Program-made: the position numbers and the translations under genes
In this document: piece by piece, positions 46,839-56,347 of the stretch
Position numbering within the stretch: the stretch's first letter is position 1
Layout of the letters: each line of letters starts with the position of its first letter
Notes under the pieces: model-generated
What the model saw: the letters and a program-made list of their open reading frames with translations, nothing else
Told to the model about the DNA's origin: nothing
Databases searched by the model: none
Assembly (NCBI GenBank): GCA_965216755.1
Contig: CBDCGL010000011.1
Span: 480,001 to 544,000, forward strand
Origin: Alphaproteobacteria bacterium
Lineage (GTDB): Bacteria > Pseudomonadota > Alphaproteobacteria > UBA7887
Direction: 5' to 3'
DNA length: 64,000 bases

Positions 46839-49136
46839 ATGGCATCCCAAGTCAGTCCGAAAGAGAAAGATCTGAAATGGGTCGGGACACGCGCGCCGCG
46901 CCCTGATGGCGTGGACAAGGTGACAGGCCGGGCCAAGTTCGGTGCGGATTTGTATCTACCTGGCATGCTGGTCGGCAGGGTGTTGCGCAGTCCGCACGCG
47001 CACGCGCGCATTCGCTCGATCGATATTTCGAAAGCCGAGGCCATACCGGGCGTGAAAGCCATCATCACCCGCGATGACTTTGCGGATATGGAGTCCGAGC
47101 TGGTGCCGGCCGGCGAAATGATGGTCAACTACCGCGACGTCGTTCGCAATGTCATGGCGCGCGAAAAAGCTCTGTACGATGGTCATGCCGTTGCCGCGGT
47201 GGCAGCGACCAGCGCTGCCGCGGCGCGTAAGGCGCTCAAGGCCATCGAAGTTGACTACGAAGTGCTGCCGCACGTCGTCAACGTGTTGGACGCGATGAAA
47301 TCGGATGCCCCAATCCTTCATGAAGACATGATCACCGTGGGCGTCGACCCGGCGCCGGCCAAGGCGTCAAATGTGGCGAAAGTCATCGAGATTGGCATCG
47401 GCGATGTTGCGACCGGATTTGACCAGGCCGATGTCGTTCTGGAGCGCGAATACGATACCGAGGCCGTGCATCAGGGCTATATCGAACCCCACGCCTGCGT
47501 TGCCAGTGTGTCAGAGGACGGACAGGCTGAGTTGTGGTGCTGCACACAGGGCCATTTCGTTGTGCGCGCGTTTTGCGCGCGGCTCCTGGGGATGGACATA
47601 TCCAAGATTCGCGTGACCGCGTCCGAAATCGGCGGCGGTTTCGGCGGCAAGACGGTTGTCTATTTGGAACCACTGGCATTGGCCCTGTCGCGAAAAGCGT
47701 GCCAGCCGGTGAAAATGGTCATGACCCGCGACGAAGTGTTTCGTGCCAGCGGCCCAACTTCGGGCGCCAACGTTTGGGTCAAGATCGGTGCGACCAGGGA
47801 CGGCAAGATGATCGCGGGCGAGGCTGTCCTCAAATATCAAGCTGGCGCATTTCCGGGGTCGCCGGTGCAGCCGGGTGCCATGTGCGCGTTCGCGCCCTAT
47901 GACATGGAGAACGTGAAAGTCGTCGGCTATGACGTCGTCACCAACCGACCGAAAGTGGCGGCATATCGTGCGCCCGGCAGCCCGATCGCGGAATATGCCG
48001 TCGAATCGTTGGTCGATGAGCTGGCGAAGGAACTCGGCAAGGATCCTGTGGCGCTGCGTTTGCAGAATGCGGCGAAGAAGGGCACACAGGCCGCGTATGG
48101 GCCAAAGTTCGGCGATGTCGGCTTGGTCGAGACCCTTGAGGCCGTGAAAGAGCATCCACACTATAAGGCGCCGTTGGGACCGAACCAGGGGCGTGGTATC
48201 GCTTCGGGATTCTGGTTCAACATTGGCGGTGAAACCTGTGCATCAATTAGCATCAATGAAGATGGTTCGGCGATGTTGCAGGTTGGAACACCGGATATCG
48301 GCGGTTCGCGCGCGTCCATGTGCATGATGGCCGCGGAGGAACTGGGTATGGATTTGGACAAGATCCGCCCGGTGATCGCGGATACCAGTGCCCTCGGCTA
48401 CACGTTCTTGACCGGTGGCAGCCGGGTCACGTTTTCCAGTGGCATGGCGGTGGTCCAAGCGGCACGCGACGTTATCGATGAAATGCGTGCCCGAGCAGCC
48501 AAGACATGGGATATACCGGTAGATGCTGTCGAATGGGACGATGGCTACGCCCGGCCAACCAGCAGCAATGCTGGGGATTTCGAACCTTTGTCGCTGGCGG
48601 ACATTGCCATGAACGCGGGAAAAACCGGGGGGCCGATTGCTGGCCATGCGCAAATTAACGCACAAGGTGCTGGGCCAACTTTTGGCACGCACTTGGTTGA
48701 CGTCGAAGTGGACAAAGAGACCGGTCGGGTAACGGTGGTGCGCTACACGGCTGTGCAGGACGCCGGCAAAGCGGTTCATCCAAGTTACGTCGAAGGCCAG
48801 ATCCAAGGTGGGGCCGTGCAAGGTATCGGTTGGGCCTTAAACGAGGAGTACATCTATAACGATGACGGTTGCCTCGATAATCCGGGTTTCCTGGACTATC
48901 GAATCCCCGTTGCGTCGGATGTGCCGATGATCGATGCCGTGATCGTTGAGGTGCCGAATACGCGTCATCCGTATGGCGTGCGCGGCGTTGGCGAGACGCC
49001 CATCGTGCCACCAATGGCAGCCATCGCGAATGCGGTCGCCGACGCGTTGGACATCCGGTTCACGCATTTGCCGATGTCGCCGCCTCATGTTCTGCACGAA
49101 CTTGAACGGAGCGGAACCAAAGTCGGCAACGGCTGA
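46839..49136 (+). CDS. Xanthine dehydrogenase-family molybdopterin-binding subunit, substrate unknown
   Basis: DG.DKVTG.A, RSPHAHA, IGGGFGGK, AYRAPG, VEGQ.QGG..QGIG, GVRGVGE. Confidence 0.93.
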   Translation: MASQVSPKEKDLKWVGTRAPRPDGVDKVTGRAKFGADLYLPGMLVGRVLRSPHAHARIRSIDISKAEAIPGVKAIITRDDFADMESELVPAGEMMVNYRDVVRNVMAREKALYDGHAVAAVAATSAAAARKALKAIEVDYEVLPHVVNVLDAMKSDAPILHEDMITVGVDPAPAKASNVAKVIEIGIGDVATGFDQADVVLEREYDTEAVHQGYIEPHACVASVSEDGQAELWCCTQGHFVVRAFCARLLGMDISKIRVTASEIGGGFGGKTVVYLEPLALALSRKACQPVKMVMTRDEVFRASGPTSGANVWVKIGATRDGKMIAGEAVLKYQAGAFPGSPVQPGAMCAFAPYDMENVKVVGYDVVTNRPKVAAYRAPGSPIAEYAVESLVDELAKELGKDPVALRLQNAAKKGTQAAYGPKFGDVGLVETLEAVKEHPHYKAPLGPNQGRGIASGFWFNIGGETCASISINEDGSAMLQVGTPDIGGSRASMCMMAAEELGMDLDKIRPVIADTSALGYTFLTGGSRVTFSSGMAVVQAARDVIDEMRARAAKTWDIPVDAVEWDDGYARPTSSNAGDFEPLSLADIAMNAGKTGGPIAGHAQINAQGAGPTFGTHLVDVEVDKETGRVTVVRYTAVQDAGKAVHPSYVEGQIQGGAVQGIGWALNEEYIYNDDGCLDNPGFLDYRIPVASDVPMIDAVIVEVPNTRHPYGVRGVGETPIVPPMAAIANAVADALDIRFTHLPMSPPHVLHELERSGTKVGNG

Positions 49137-49154
49137 TAGAGCCTAAATTCAAAC

Positions 49155-49400
49155 ATGGCGCGCGTTGTCCTGCCGAACTCGTTGCGGATTTACACGGACG
49201 GAGAGCTTGAGTTTGATCTCGACGTCCGTGATATCCGCGATTTGTTGGATCAGCTTGGCGCGCGCTATCCGAAATTGAAGCCCCATGTCGAGGAAGGCAT
49301 GGCGGTCGCCATAGACGGTCAGATCTATCAGGATACCTGGCTGGAACCCATCGCGGCCGATAGCGAGGTCTACATTATTCCCAAGATCGCGGGCGGGTAA
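49155..49400 (+). CDS. MoaD/ThiS-family ubiquitin-like sulfur carrier
   Basis: 81 aa ending IP.IAGG; downstream of the Mo-enzyme genes. Confidence 0.88.
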   Translation: MARVVLPNSLRIYTDGELEFDLDVRDIRDLLDQLGARYPKLKPHVEEGMAVAIDGQIYQDTWLEPIAADSEVYIIPKIAGG

Positions 49401-49404
49401 CACA

Positions 49405-49434
49405 ACTCCGCACGACGCATGTTTCGTGCGGAGT
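49405..49434. terminator. Hairpin between convergent genes
   Basis: ACTCCGCACGA-N8-TCGTGCGGAGT. Confidence 0.55.
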
Positions 49435-49508
49435 CGGAACATCCCAGTGTTCGTTGAAGCTGCCGCGGGTGTGGCTGCAGAAAAAGCATTGCCGGGGTAT
49501 CGCTTAGC

Positions 49509-50723
49509 CTATTCTTTCGGGTGCATGCGCCAGTTGCGGCTGGTCAGGCCAGTCGTTTCTTGCGGAGGATGGGCGCGCAGGCCTTCTTCGTTGGGCTCGG
49601 TGCCCCAACCCGGCGTGTCAGGAACGACCAAATAGCCGTCTTCGATTGGCGGTTCCACAGTAAATAGTTCATGATCCCATTCGAGCCGGTCGATATCGAT
49701 TTCCATGATCCGCAAGTTGGGTACCGCGGCGGCAAAATGCGCGTTCATCATTGTCGACAGATGGCCGTAAAAGTTATGCGGTGCAACGTTGACCTCATGG
49801 GCATCGGCGCAAGCGGCGATCTTCATGGATTGCCAAACTCCGTTCCAGACGGCATCGATAATCGACACGTCGACCGCTTCCTCACGGAAATAAGGCAAGA
49901 ACTCGCGTAGCCCGAGCAACGTTTCACACGAGCTGATCGGGTGCGTGCTTTGCTGGCGAATGTGTGCGAGAGCACGCGGGTTGCGGCTGTCGATTTCAAT
50001 CCAGAACATGTCCAGGTCGGCGATCTCACGCAAGATCTTGATGAAACCTTCGGTCTTGGCGTTGAAATTGAGATCGAGAAGAATGTCCATGTCCGGGCCG
50101 GCGCCATCCCGAAACGCTTCCAGGTGTGTTCTGATGTTGCGCAGTACGCGCCGCTCGACATTGAGCTCGGGCTGGAATGGGAAGCCAAATCCGGGGGCCC
50201 AACCGGCGACCCTGTCGCCTTCGTAAATGAAGATGTTGGTTTTGAGCGCGCCAAAACCCTTTTCGCGCACCTCAGCGCCCAACGATTTCACGCCGTCCAA
50301 ATCGGTGATGGCCGGCTTGTAGAATTGTGGCTGACCTATCCGCCAAGTGGCACAGTGCGACCAATAAAGGCGGATCCGGTCTCGCACCTTGCCGCCCAGC
50401 AATTGGTAGCAGGGCACGCCCAGGCTCTTCGCCTTGGCGTCCAGCATGGCATTCTCTATGGCGCCGAGCCCCTCTGCGACCACGCCACTCGCCGCTGGTC
50501 GGGTCGCGCAATAGAGGTCCGCATAGATCCGCTCATGATCGGCAACTGACTTGCCGACGACCCGCTGGGTCAACCGCTTGACGACGGTGCTCACCCCTGG
50601 CGAGCCAAAGCCTTCGTCATATTCGCTCCAACCGACGATACCGTCGTCGGTTACCAGCTTCACGAAATGGTAGTTCCGCCAACCTGCGTCACAGCTCAGC
50701 GTTTCAATGCTCTCGACTTTCAT
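49509..50723 (-). CDS. Mandelate racemase/muconate lactonizing enzyme family protein (DgoD-like)
   Basis: V.TDDG..GW.E, AIENA.LD.KAK.LGVP.Y.LLGG.VRD, D.N, W.E, APHN, P..PGWG. Confidence 0.9.
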   Translation of the reverse strand: MKVESIETLSCDAGWRNYHFVKLVTDDGIVGWSEYDEGFGSPGVSTVVKRLTQRVVGKSVADHERIYADLYCATRPAASGVVAEGLGAIENAMLDAKAKSLGVPCYQLLGGKVRDRIRLYWSHCATWRIGQPQFYKPAITDLDGVKSLGAEVREKGFGALKTNIFIYEGDRVAGWAPGFGFPFQPELNVERRVLRNIRTHLEAFRDGAGPDMDILLDLNFNAKTEGFIKILREIADLDMFWIEIDSRNPRALAHIRQQSTHPISSCETLLGLREFLPYFREEAVDVSIIDAVWNGVWQSMKIAACADAHEVNVAPHNFYGHLSTMMNAHFAAAVPNLRIMEIDIDRLEWDHELFTVEPPIEDGYLVVPDTPGWGTEPNEEGLRAHPPQETTGLTSRNWRMHPKE

Positions 50724-50754
50724 AAACGTCTCCTGTCGTCAGCGCGGTCCGGAG

Positions 50755-52242
50755 CTAGCCGGTCAGCGTCCGGCGCACCGCGGCATGCCAGCCGGCCAAT
50801 AATGTTTCCCGCTGCACCGTCGCCATGGCCGGTTCAAATCGCGCGTCGCGACGCCAATGGTCTGCGACGTCATCAAGCGAGCCGATCAACCCAGCACCTA
50901 GCGCGGCCAGATACGCAGCGCCGAGTGCTGTTGTTTCCATGACTTGCGGTCGATCGACGGGCAAGGCCAGAATGTCCGCTAGAAACTGCACCATCCAATC
51001 GTTCGCGACCATGCCCCCGTCGACCCGCAACGTCGACGGGGTGACGCCATCGTCGGCCATCGCGGCGAACAGGTCGTGCGTTTGATAGCAGACAGATTCG
51101 AGCGCCGCCCGTGCAAATTCCGCGCGTCCGGTACCACGGGTCAGACCAAATACCGCGCCGCGCGCATCCGGGTCCCAATGGGGCGCACCAAATCCCGTGA
51201 ATGCGGGCACCAGATACATCCCTCCCGTATGCTCGATGTCTCGCGCCAACGCCTCTGTTTCATGGGCGCTGTCGATGATCTGCAAAGCATCCCGCAACCA
51301 TTGCACGGCTGCACCGGCGACAAAGATCGAGCCTTCTATGGCGTAAGAGGTTTGACCACGGATTCGGTAGGCAATCGTCGTGAGCAGTCGATTGCGCGAG
51401 GCCACCGGCGTGGCGCCCGTGTTCAGAAGCACAAAACAGCCGGTGCCGTATGTACTTTTGATCGTCCCTTTCTCCAAGCAACTCTGACCAACGGCCGCCG
51501 CTTGCTGATCGCCGGCCATGCCCAAAATCGGGACGGCGCGGCCGAACAGGGTCGGTTCGGTTTCGCCGAACTCTGCGACGCATTCTTCGACTGCCGGCAA
51601 GCAAGGCGATGGCACGCGGAATTGGTCGAGCAGGTCGTCGTCCCAGCGATGGTCGTGGATGTTGAACAGGCTGGTGCGACAGGCGTTGGTGACTTCGGTC
51701 TTGTGGGCCCGCCCGCCCGTGAAACGCCACAGCAAGAACGAATCAACTGTTCCGAAGGCGAGTTCGCCATTCTCGGCCCGCGCACGGCCATCGGCGACGT
51801 GGTCCAGGATCCACGCTGCCTTTGTCGCCGAAAAGTAGGGATCCAACAGTAACCCGGTCTTGGCGGTCAGTTTGTTGCCGACGCCTGCCGACTCGAGCTC
51901 TCTGCATATGTCCGCTGTACGGCGGTCTTGCCAAACGATTGCATTGTGGATCGCGGCGCCGGTCGCGCGGTCCCAGATTAGTGTCGTTTCACGTTGGTTC
52001 GTGATGCCGATGGCGACCACGCGGCCGCCGCTCTGCTCGGCCTGTCGAAGAGCGCGCTGCGCGACATTCAGCGTCGTGCGCCATATGTCCTCTGGATCTT
52101 GTTCCACCCAGCCCTCGGCCGGGTAATATTGTGGAAATTCGGATTGAGCCGCCGACACGATGCCGCCCTCGTTGTCGAACACAATCGCCCGGCTACTGGT
52201 CGTGCCTTGGTCGATAGCCAGGATCAAAGGCTTGTCAGACAT
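50755..52242 (-). CDS. glpK: Glycerol kinase
   Basis: [45 protein letters not shown]. Confidence 0.97.
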   Translation of the reverse strand: MSDKPLILAIDQGTTSSRAIVFDNEGGIVSAAQSEFPQYYPAEGWVEQDPEDIWRTTLNVAQRALRQAEQSGGRVVAIGITNQRETTLIWDRATGAAIHNAIVWQDRRTADICRELESAGVGNKLTAKTGLLLDPYFSATKAAWILDHVADGRARAENGELAFGTVDSFLLWRFTGGRAHKTEVTNACRTSLFNIHDHRWDDDLLDQFRVPSPCLPAVEECVAEFGETEPTLFGRAVPILGMAGDQQAAAVGQSCLEKGTIKSTYGTGCFVLLNTGATPVASRNRLLTTIAYRIRGQTSYAIEGSIFVAGAAVQWLRDALQIIDSAHETEALARDIEHTGGMYLVPAFTGFGAPHWDPDARGAVFGLTRGTGRAEFARAALESVCYQTHDLFAAMADDGVTPSTLRVDGGMVANDWMVQFLADILALPVDRPQVMETTALGAAYLAALGAGLIGSLDDVADHWRRDARFEPAMATVQRETLLAGWHAAVRRTLTG

Positions 52243-52322
52243 GGGTGTCGGGGTAAATTTTCATCGATGGGATCATCGGGGAACAACGGTTCGTTTGGAA
52301 GCACTTTCCGCGGACCACGGCA

Positions 52323-53861
52323 ATGAGCGCGCCTTTCGATATCCTGATTATCGGGGGTGGCATCAATGGCACTGGCATTGCCCGCGATGCCGCTGGACGT
52401 GGTCTCAAGGTGGTGCTGTGCGAGCGCGACGACCTCGCCGCGCACACTTCATCGGCAAGTACCAAGCTGATTCACGGCGGCTTGCGATACCTGGAACATC
52501 TCGAATTTCGCTTGGTCCGCGAAGCCTTGGCCGAACGCGAGGTGCTTCTGCGCAATGCCCCACACATTGTCCGGCCACTACGTTTTGTCTTGCCTCACCA
52601 CAAGGGGCTGCGGCCGGCTGTTTTGCTGCGCCTCGGGTTGTTTCTCTATGACTATTTGGGGCGCCGCCGGACTTTGCCTGGATCTCGCAAGATCGACCTG
52701 CGTGTGCCGCCCCATCGTGATGTCCTGCGTTTTGAACTGACCTTCGGGTTTGAATATGCGGATTGTTGGGTCGATGACGCGCGCCTTGTCGTGCTTACGG
52801 CCCTTGACGCCAAGGAGCGTGGCGCCACGATTTTGACCCGTACGACTGTCCAGTCGGCCCGCCGGATCGACGGATTGTGGGCCGTGCGAACCACGTCGCG
52901 TGACGGCACCGAACAGACGCTTGTCAGCCGGACCGTGGTCAACGCCGGTGGCCCATGGGTCGGACAGGTGTTCGAAAGTCTCGATACCGGCCATCGCCGG
53001 ATCGTGCCGCGACTCGTGAAGGGAAGTCACATCGTCACACGTCGATTGTTTGGCGGCGAACATGCCTACATATTTCAAAACACCGATAAGCGGGTCGTGT
53101 TCGCGATTCCCTATGAAGATGCGTTCACTCTGATTGGCACAACAGACGTGCCCTTCGACGCCGACCTCGGCGCTGTCGGTGTGTCTCAAAATGAAGTGAG
53201 CTATCTTTGCAACGCGGTTGGGGACTACATGAATGTCCCAATCCGACCAGACGACATCGTTTGGCGGTTTGCTGGTGTCCGGCCATTGTTTGATGATCAG
53301 CGACGTGACGCGTCGACCGTAACCCGCGACTATGTTCTGGATTTCGATCGAGGCGCGGGCCATGATCCTTTGTTGCTGTCGGTCGTCGGCGGCAAACTAA
53401 CGACACACCGTGTTCTCGCTGAACAGGCCGTCGACAAACTGGCAGCCGATTTACCAAGAGTTGGCCCGGCCTGGACTCGGCACGCGCCATTACCTGGTGG
53501 CGATCTCGGCGGTGCCAATTTCGCGACCTATGCCAAAAAGGCCGCGGATCGCTACCCTTGGCTATCGTCTCTCGGACGGCAAGGGCTTCTGCGGCGTCAT
53601 GGGTCGCGCCTAGATAGGTTACTTGACGGTGCTCACGGTGTCGGTGGCTTGGGTCACGATTTTGGTGGAGGTCTCTATGAAGCCGAAGTGCGCTACTTGA
53701 TTGACCATGAGTGGGCCCTGACAGTGGAAGATATCCTTTGGCGGCGGACCAAGTGCGGTTTGCATATGACACCCGAGCAGCGTGACCATTTCACCGAATG
53801 GATCGGTCGCCGGGCAATAGCGCGCAATGGGAATCAGGGGACGCCTTTCGCACCAGTCTAG
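52323..53861 (+). CDS. glpD: Aerobic glycerol-3-phosphate dehydrogenase
   Basis: GGGING.GIARDA.GRG, TSS.STKLIHGGLRYLE, VKGSH, GGKLTT.R. Confidence 0.96.
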   Translation: MSAPFDILIIGGGINGTGIARDAAGRGLKVVLCERDDLAAHTSSASTKLIHGGLRYLEHLEFRLVREALAEREVLLRNAPHIVRPLRFVLPHHKGLRPAVLLRLGLFLYDYLGRRRTLPGSRKIDLRVPPHRDVLRFELTFGFEYADCWVDDARLVVLTALDAKERGATILTRTTVQSARRIDGLWAVRTTSRDGTEQTLVSRTVVNAGGPWVGQVFESLDTGHRRIVPRLVKGSHIVTRRLFGGEHAYIFQNTDKRVVFAIPYEDAFTLIGTTDVPFDADLGAVGVSQNEVSYLCNAVGDYMNVPIRPDDIVWRFAGVRPLFDDQRRDASTVTRDYVLDFDRGAGHDPLLLSVVGGKLTTHRVLAEQAVDKLAADLPRVGPAWTRHAPLPGGDLGGANFATYAKKAADRYPWLSSLGRQGLLRRHGSRLDRLLDGAHGVGGLGHDFGGGLYEAEVRYLIDHEWALTVEDILWRRTKCGLHMTPEQRDHFTEWIGRRAIARNGNQGTPFAPV

Positions 53862-54393
53862 CGCTCTTTGACGGGGCGAGAAGGCGGACTCCTGCGCGAT
53901 GCCTGGCGTCACAAGTTTGGTGAGCGGTCTTGAGCAAGTTTGCGCTTGTCGGCCATGTTGCAGAAATGGCCGGCGCCTGTGGGCGGAAGATGGAACAGCC
54001 CGAATCAAAGGTTGTTGAACTGGCCCAGCTTCATAGGAAGCGAGGCAAACACTCATACTGTCCGTTGCATTCGGAAATAATAGAAAGTCAAGAAAAATTG
54101 ATATTTCTTATTTTGATTTTCAACTGTCGATGATAAGTGGCGGCGAATATTAAGAACCTACGGCGGAAAGGGGTAATTACAGGATATTCGTTGTTGAATA
54201 CGAAAGCACTATTTTGCATAATCGATTGCGATCGATTCTCAGTACAGGCTCCCGAACGACCAACCTCCGTTGGCACTTTGGATAACGTGCCCATCGGATC
54301 TGCTCTGAGTTCAGAGTCTGCCGAGCCGGCCAGAACCGGCGCAAAAGCAGCGAAGGATTGCGATACGGCGTTTTGCTACTTGGGACGGGCCAC

Positions 54394-55515
54394 ATGCGTG
54401 AAGTCGCTCTACGATTCTTTGATGGCTTGCCATATTTCGCAAAAGCCGTGAGGGCGAAGCTTGCTGAATGGACGCCGCTGATGGTTGCGCGGCCAATGTC
54501 CGTTACCGTCAGCCCCACCAAAAGATGCAATGCCTTTTGCCCAATGTGTGGCATCGGTAGGGCGAACGCGCGCAAGAGCGTCGTGTCCACCGCTGAGCTG
54601 TCTATGGATCAGGTGACAAGTCTCTATGACGGCTTGGCGAAGCTTGGTGCGAGGGGAACATTCGTTTCATTTGCTGATGGCGAGCCGACACTGTGGAAAC
54701 CACTGGCGGCGGCTGTCCATACCGGTCGCCGCTTGGGGATCGACACCAGCTTGACCACAAATGGGTATACGCTGCGGGGGCGTGTGGCAGATGCCATTAT
54801 CGATGCCGAACCAAGCAATGTGGGCATCTCACTCGAATCTGTGCGCAGCGAAGCAAACGAAACACTGCGGCCACTTGGCGGAAAAGGTACCCAGAAAACG
54901 ATCGACGCAATCGAAGAATTGCTCTGCCGTCGCAAAAGTAAAAACAAGAAATTCCGCGTCAACATTAAGACGGTTATTACTGCAATCAATTATCGATTTA
55001 TGCCCGAGATCGTAGAGAAATATGCTGCGCGGGAAGGTGTCATGTGGACGCCGCAGCCCTACCGCGGACCCGACAAATCCCTTTGGGTCACGGATACTGA
55101 CTCGCTGCAGATGGTCGTCGACCGGCTGTTGGTGCTCAAAAAGAAGGGCTACAAGATCAATGCCAGCGCAGAGAATCTACAGAACTTTGTCGATTACTTT
55201 GCGTCCGGATGGGAGGCGCATGGCGGTTGGACGTTGAAAGACCCGCCCGCGCGCTCGCGTCAGAGCACCGCCAATGGCAGGCGATGTACCATTGGATTTA
55301 CCAGCTTGTTTGTTGGCGTTGATGGCCAGATTAGACTGTGCCCATACAAAGAGCCGATCGGAAAATTGGGCGACGAGCCGTTGGACGAGATGTGGCGCGG
55401 ACGGGCTGCGGCCAATGTTCGCGCAAAGATCCGCGATTGCTCGGTGGACTGCGAACTATCGAACACGCGTCCGAGCTCGCTATGGCACAAGGCAAAACTA
55501 TTTCTTGCCAGTTAG
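54394..55515 (+). CDS. Radical SAM protein with C-terminal SPASM/twitch domain
   Basis: CNAFCPMC, DGEPTL, TTNG, ISL; C-terminal C.IG...L.V..DG...LC...IG...L.E.W......R..I..C...C. Start uncertain (54358 TTG or 54394 ATG). Confidence 0.9.
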   Translation: MREVALRFFDGLPYFAKAVRAKLAEWTPLMVARPMSVTVSPTKRCNAFCPMCGIGRANARKSVVSTAELSMDQVTSLYDGLAKLGARGTFVSFADGEPTLWKPLAAAVHTGRRLGIDTSLTTNGYTLRGRVADAIIDAEPSNVGISLESVRSEANETLRPLGGKGTQKTIDAIEELLCRRKSKNKKFRVNIKTVITAINYRFMPEIVEKYAAREGVMWTPQPYRGPDKSLWVTDTDSLQMVVDRLLVLKKKGYKINASAENLQNFVDYFASGWEAHGGWTLKDPPARSRQSTANGRRCTIGFTSLFVGVDGQIRLCPYKEPIGKLGDEPLDEMWRGRAAANVRAKIRDCSVDCELSNTRPSSLWHKAKLFLAS

Positions 55516-55541
55516 TCTATCCGACACAAACAATATTCGCC

Positions 55542-56294
55542 CTAAACGTGCTGCCCACCATTGATGTGAATCTCGGCGCCGTTGACATAGCTCGATTGCT
55601 CGGTGCACAAAAAGTATATGGTCTTGGCGACTTCTTCGGGTGTGCCCAATCGGTGCATGGGGATTTCGGGAACCAACTCTTTCTCAGTTTCTGGCGACAA
55701 AATTGAAGTCTTGATTTCGCCCGGTGCTATGGCATTGACGCGAATCCCCATGGGCCCGAAGTCTGCCGCCATTTCGCGCGTCAGTGACACTAGCGCCGCC
55801 TTCGACGTCGCGTAGGCAGTACCGGCGAACGGATGCACACGACTTCCGGCAATCGACGTTACGTTGACGATGGCGCCAGGAACTTGGCGGAGCTCGTCAA
55901 CCAATCCGCGCGCCAGCAATATCGGGGCGAAGAAATTTACGCGAAAGACGGTCTGCCAATCGTCCAGATCCGTAGTCAAGGAGTCCAATCGACCGCCGTT
56001 CGCGCCTTTCGGCGAAATACCGGCATTGTTGACCAACGCATGCAATGGTCCGCCCGCCAATCGTTCGCGCAATTCGGTCAACCTGTCGTCCAACCCGGCC
56101 GTATCGGCCAGATCAATTTGCAGATGGTCCTCCGGCCCGGCCTCCCACGGGCAATCCTCCGGAAACGGGTGCCGTGAACACGTAATGACCCGCCAACCGG
56201 CACTCGAAAATCGTTTGACTGTGGCATGGCCAATGCCACGGCTGGCGCCGGTCAGGACAAGCGTCTTGCGTGAGTTTGGACGTGAGTCGGCCAT
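55542..56294 (-). CDS. SDR oxidoreductase, FixR-like
   Basis: TGASRGIG, CPW..G..DH, NNAGISPK, SRVHPFAG.AYATSK. Confidence 0.9.
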   Translation of the reverse strand: MADSRPNSRKTLVLTGASRGIGHATVKRFSSAGWRVITCSRHPFPEDCPWEAGPEDHLQIDLADTAGLDDRLTELRERLAGGPLHALVNNAGISPKGANGGRLDSLTTDLDDWQTVFRVNFFAPILLARGLVDELRQVPGAIVNVTSIAGSRVHPFAGTAYATSKAALVSLTREMAADFGPMGIRVNAIAPGEIKTSILSPETEKELVPEIPMHRLGTPEEVAKTIYFLCTEQSSYVNGAEIHINGGQHV

Positions 56295-56347
56295 AAGCGT
56301 TCCTCTCGGACGAAGTTTTGCCGGAGTTTACGCTGTTTCGCTTGTGA

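Noticed and set aside
45500-49136. Aerobic CO dehydrogenase (coxMSL)
   Set aside because: The active-site loop is AYRAPG, not AYxCSFR, and no coxDEFG accessory genes are present.
54137-54451. Candidate RiPP precursor ORF upstream of the radical SAM gene
   Set aside because: It overlaps the rSAM start, spans an AT-rich promoter-like tract, and has no RBS or leader/core pattern.
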